Shown: positions 63,181 to 64,000 of the stretch, piece by piece | How the letters are laid out: every line of letters begins with the position of its first letter | Numbering within the stretch: the stretch's first letter is position 1 | Origin: Octopus sinensis | Lineage: Eukaryota | Direction: 5' to 3' | Assembly (NCBI RefSeq): GCF_006345805.1 | Contig: NC_043016.1 | Location: 17,236,001 to 17,300,000 of the forward strand | Length of the DNA: 64,000 nt | Translations under genes and position numbers: made by a program | The notes under the pieces: model-generated | The model's input: the letters and a program-made list of their open reading frames with translations, nothing else | The model's database searches: none | Told to the model about the DNA's origin: nothing

Positions 63181-63347
63181 GGAAATGCTGTTGAAAATGG
63201 TGGAAAGGCTGATGGAAATGTTGTAAGATGATGCATTAAAGGGGTCCAGTGACAGGGTGGAAGGTGAAGGAATTAGGAAGGTATCTACTGATGGCAAAAG
63301 TATGATGCAGAAATGAGGATGTGTGGTGAAAAGCGAGGGCTTACTCT

Positions 63348-63712
63348 TCTTTTATTTGTTTCAGTCATTTGACTGCGGCCATGCTGGAGCACTGCCTTTA
63401 GTCAAACAAATCGCCCCCAGGACTTGTTCTTTGTAAGCCAAGTACTTATTCTGTCAGTGTCTTTTGCTGAACTGCTAAGTTATGGGGACGTAAACATACC
63501 AACATCAGTTGTCAAGTGATGGTGAAGAGGGTGGACAAACACACACACAAACATATACATACATATATATATATATGTGTGTGTATATATATATATATGA
63601 TGGGCTTCTTTTAGTTTCTGTCTATCAAATCTACTCACAAGGCTTTGGTTGGCCTGAGATTATAGTAGAAGACAACTTGCCCAAGGTGCCAAGCAGTAGG
63701 ACTGAACCTGGA
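63348..63712 (-). mobile_element. SINE family C
   Basis: ttgtttcagtcatttgactgcggccatgctggagc...ccacacagccatacc. Confidence 0.88.
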
Positions 63713-64000
63713 ACTATGTGTTTGGGATGCAAGCGTCTTACCACACAGCCATACCTGTGCCTATAATTGCAATTAATGTTAGTGGACAGTTGGTGGTAAC
63801 TTGACCGAAGGAAGAAGTGGAACGTATGGTGAAACTGATCCTGAAAATCAGAGACTGATTATATGACTGTGGATTTGGAATGAAGCATGATAAGATTAAA
63901 TCAAAGTGAGAGAAGGTTCAGTGGATTTGTAAAATCAGAGGGGAAATGGATTAGGGTGGGAAATATGCAGAGATGTTGGAGAAGGTAGATGCAAATTCTA

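Noticed and set aside
58530-64000. Search for the next nidogen exon (expected SN..PGxWxF motif), and for the upstream APFxxDVD exon in 1-36489
   Set aside because: Not found by manual reading; they probably lie outside the window, though a missed short exon cannot be excluded without spliced alignment.

Overview
AT-rich, repeat-saturated animal genomic DNA. The repeat families look like those of an octopus/coleoid cephalopod (inferred from recognised repeats, not database-confirmed). The only host coding sequence I can support is two + strand exons of a NIDO-domain gene, most likely nidogen (36490-36628 and 58327-58529). They splice in frame across a 21,698-bp GT-AG intron; the flanking exons were not found in the window. 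The rest is layered mobile DNA: R4/Dong-, HERO-, RTE-, CR1- and Tx1-type LINE remnants, a Penelope GIY-YIG remnant, three tRNA-derived SINE families, a full-length decayed mariner, and mariner/hAT/pogo/piggyBac MITEs, plus microsatellites. The most interesting signals are three separate repeat structures carrying minimal type I hammerhead-ribozyme motifs (59.5-60.2 kb, 53.6-54.0 kb, decayed 9.1-9.7 kb; Penelope pLTR or retrozyme candidates), three 8-bp-TSD insertions carrying telomere-like TTAGGG arrays (Merlin-like), a (TAA)n landing pad of stacked R4-type elements, and a frame-symmetric exon pair bracketed by inverted SINEs. All assignments come from manual reading and translation; no searches were run.
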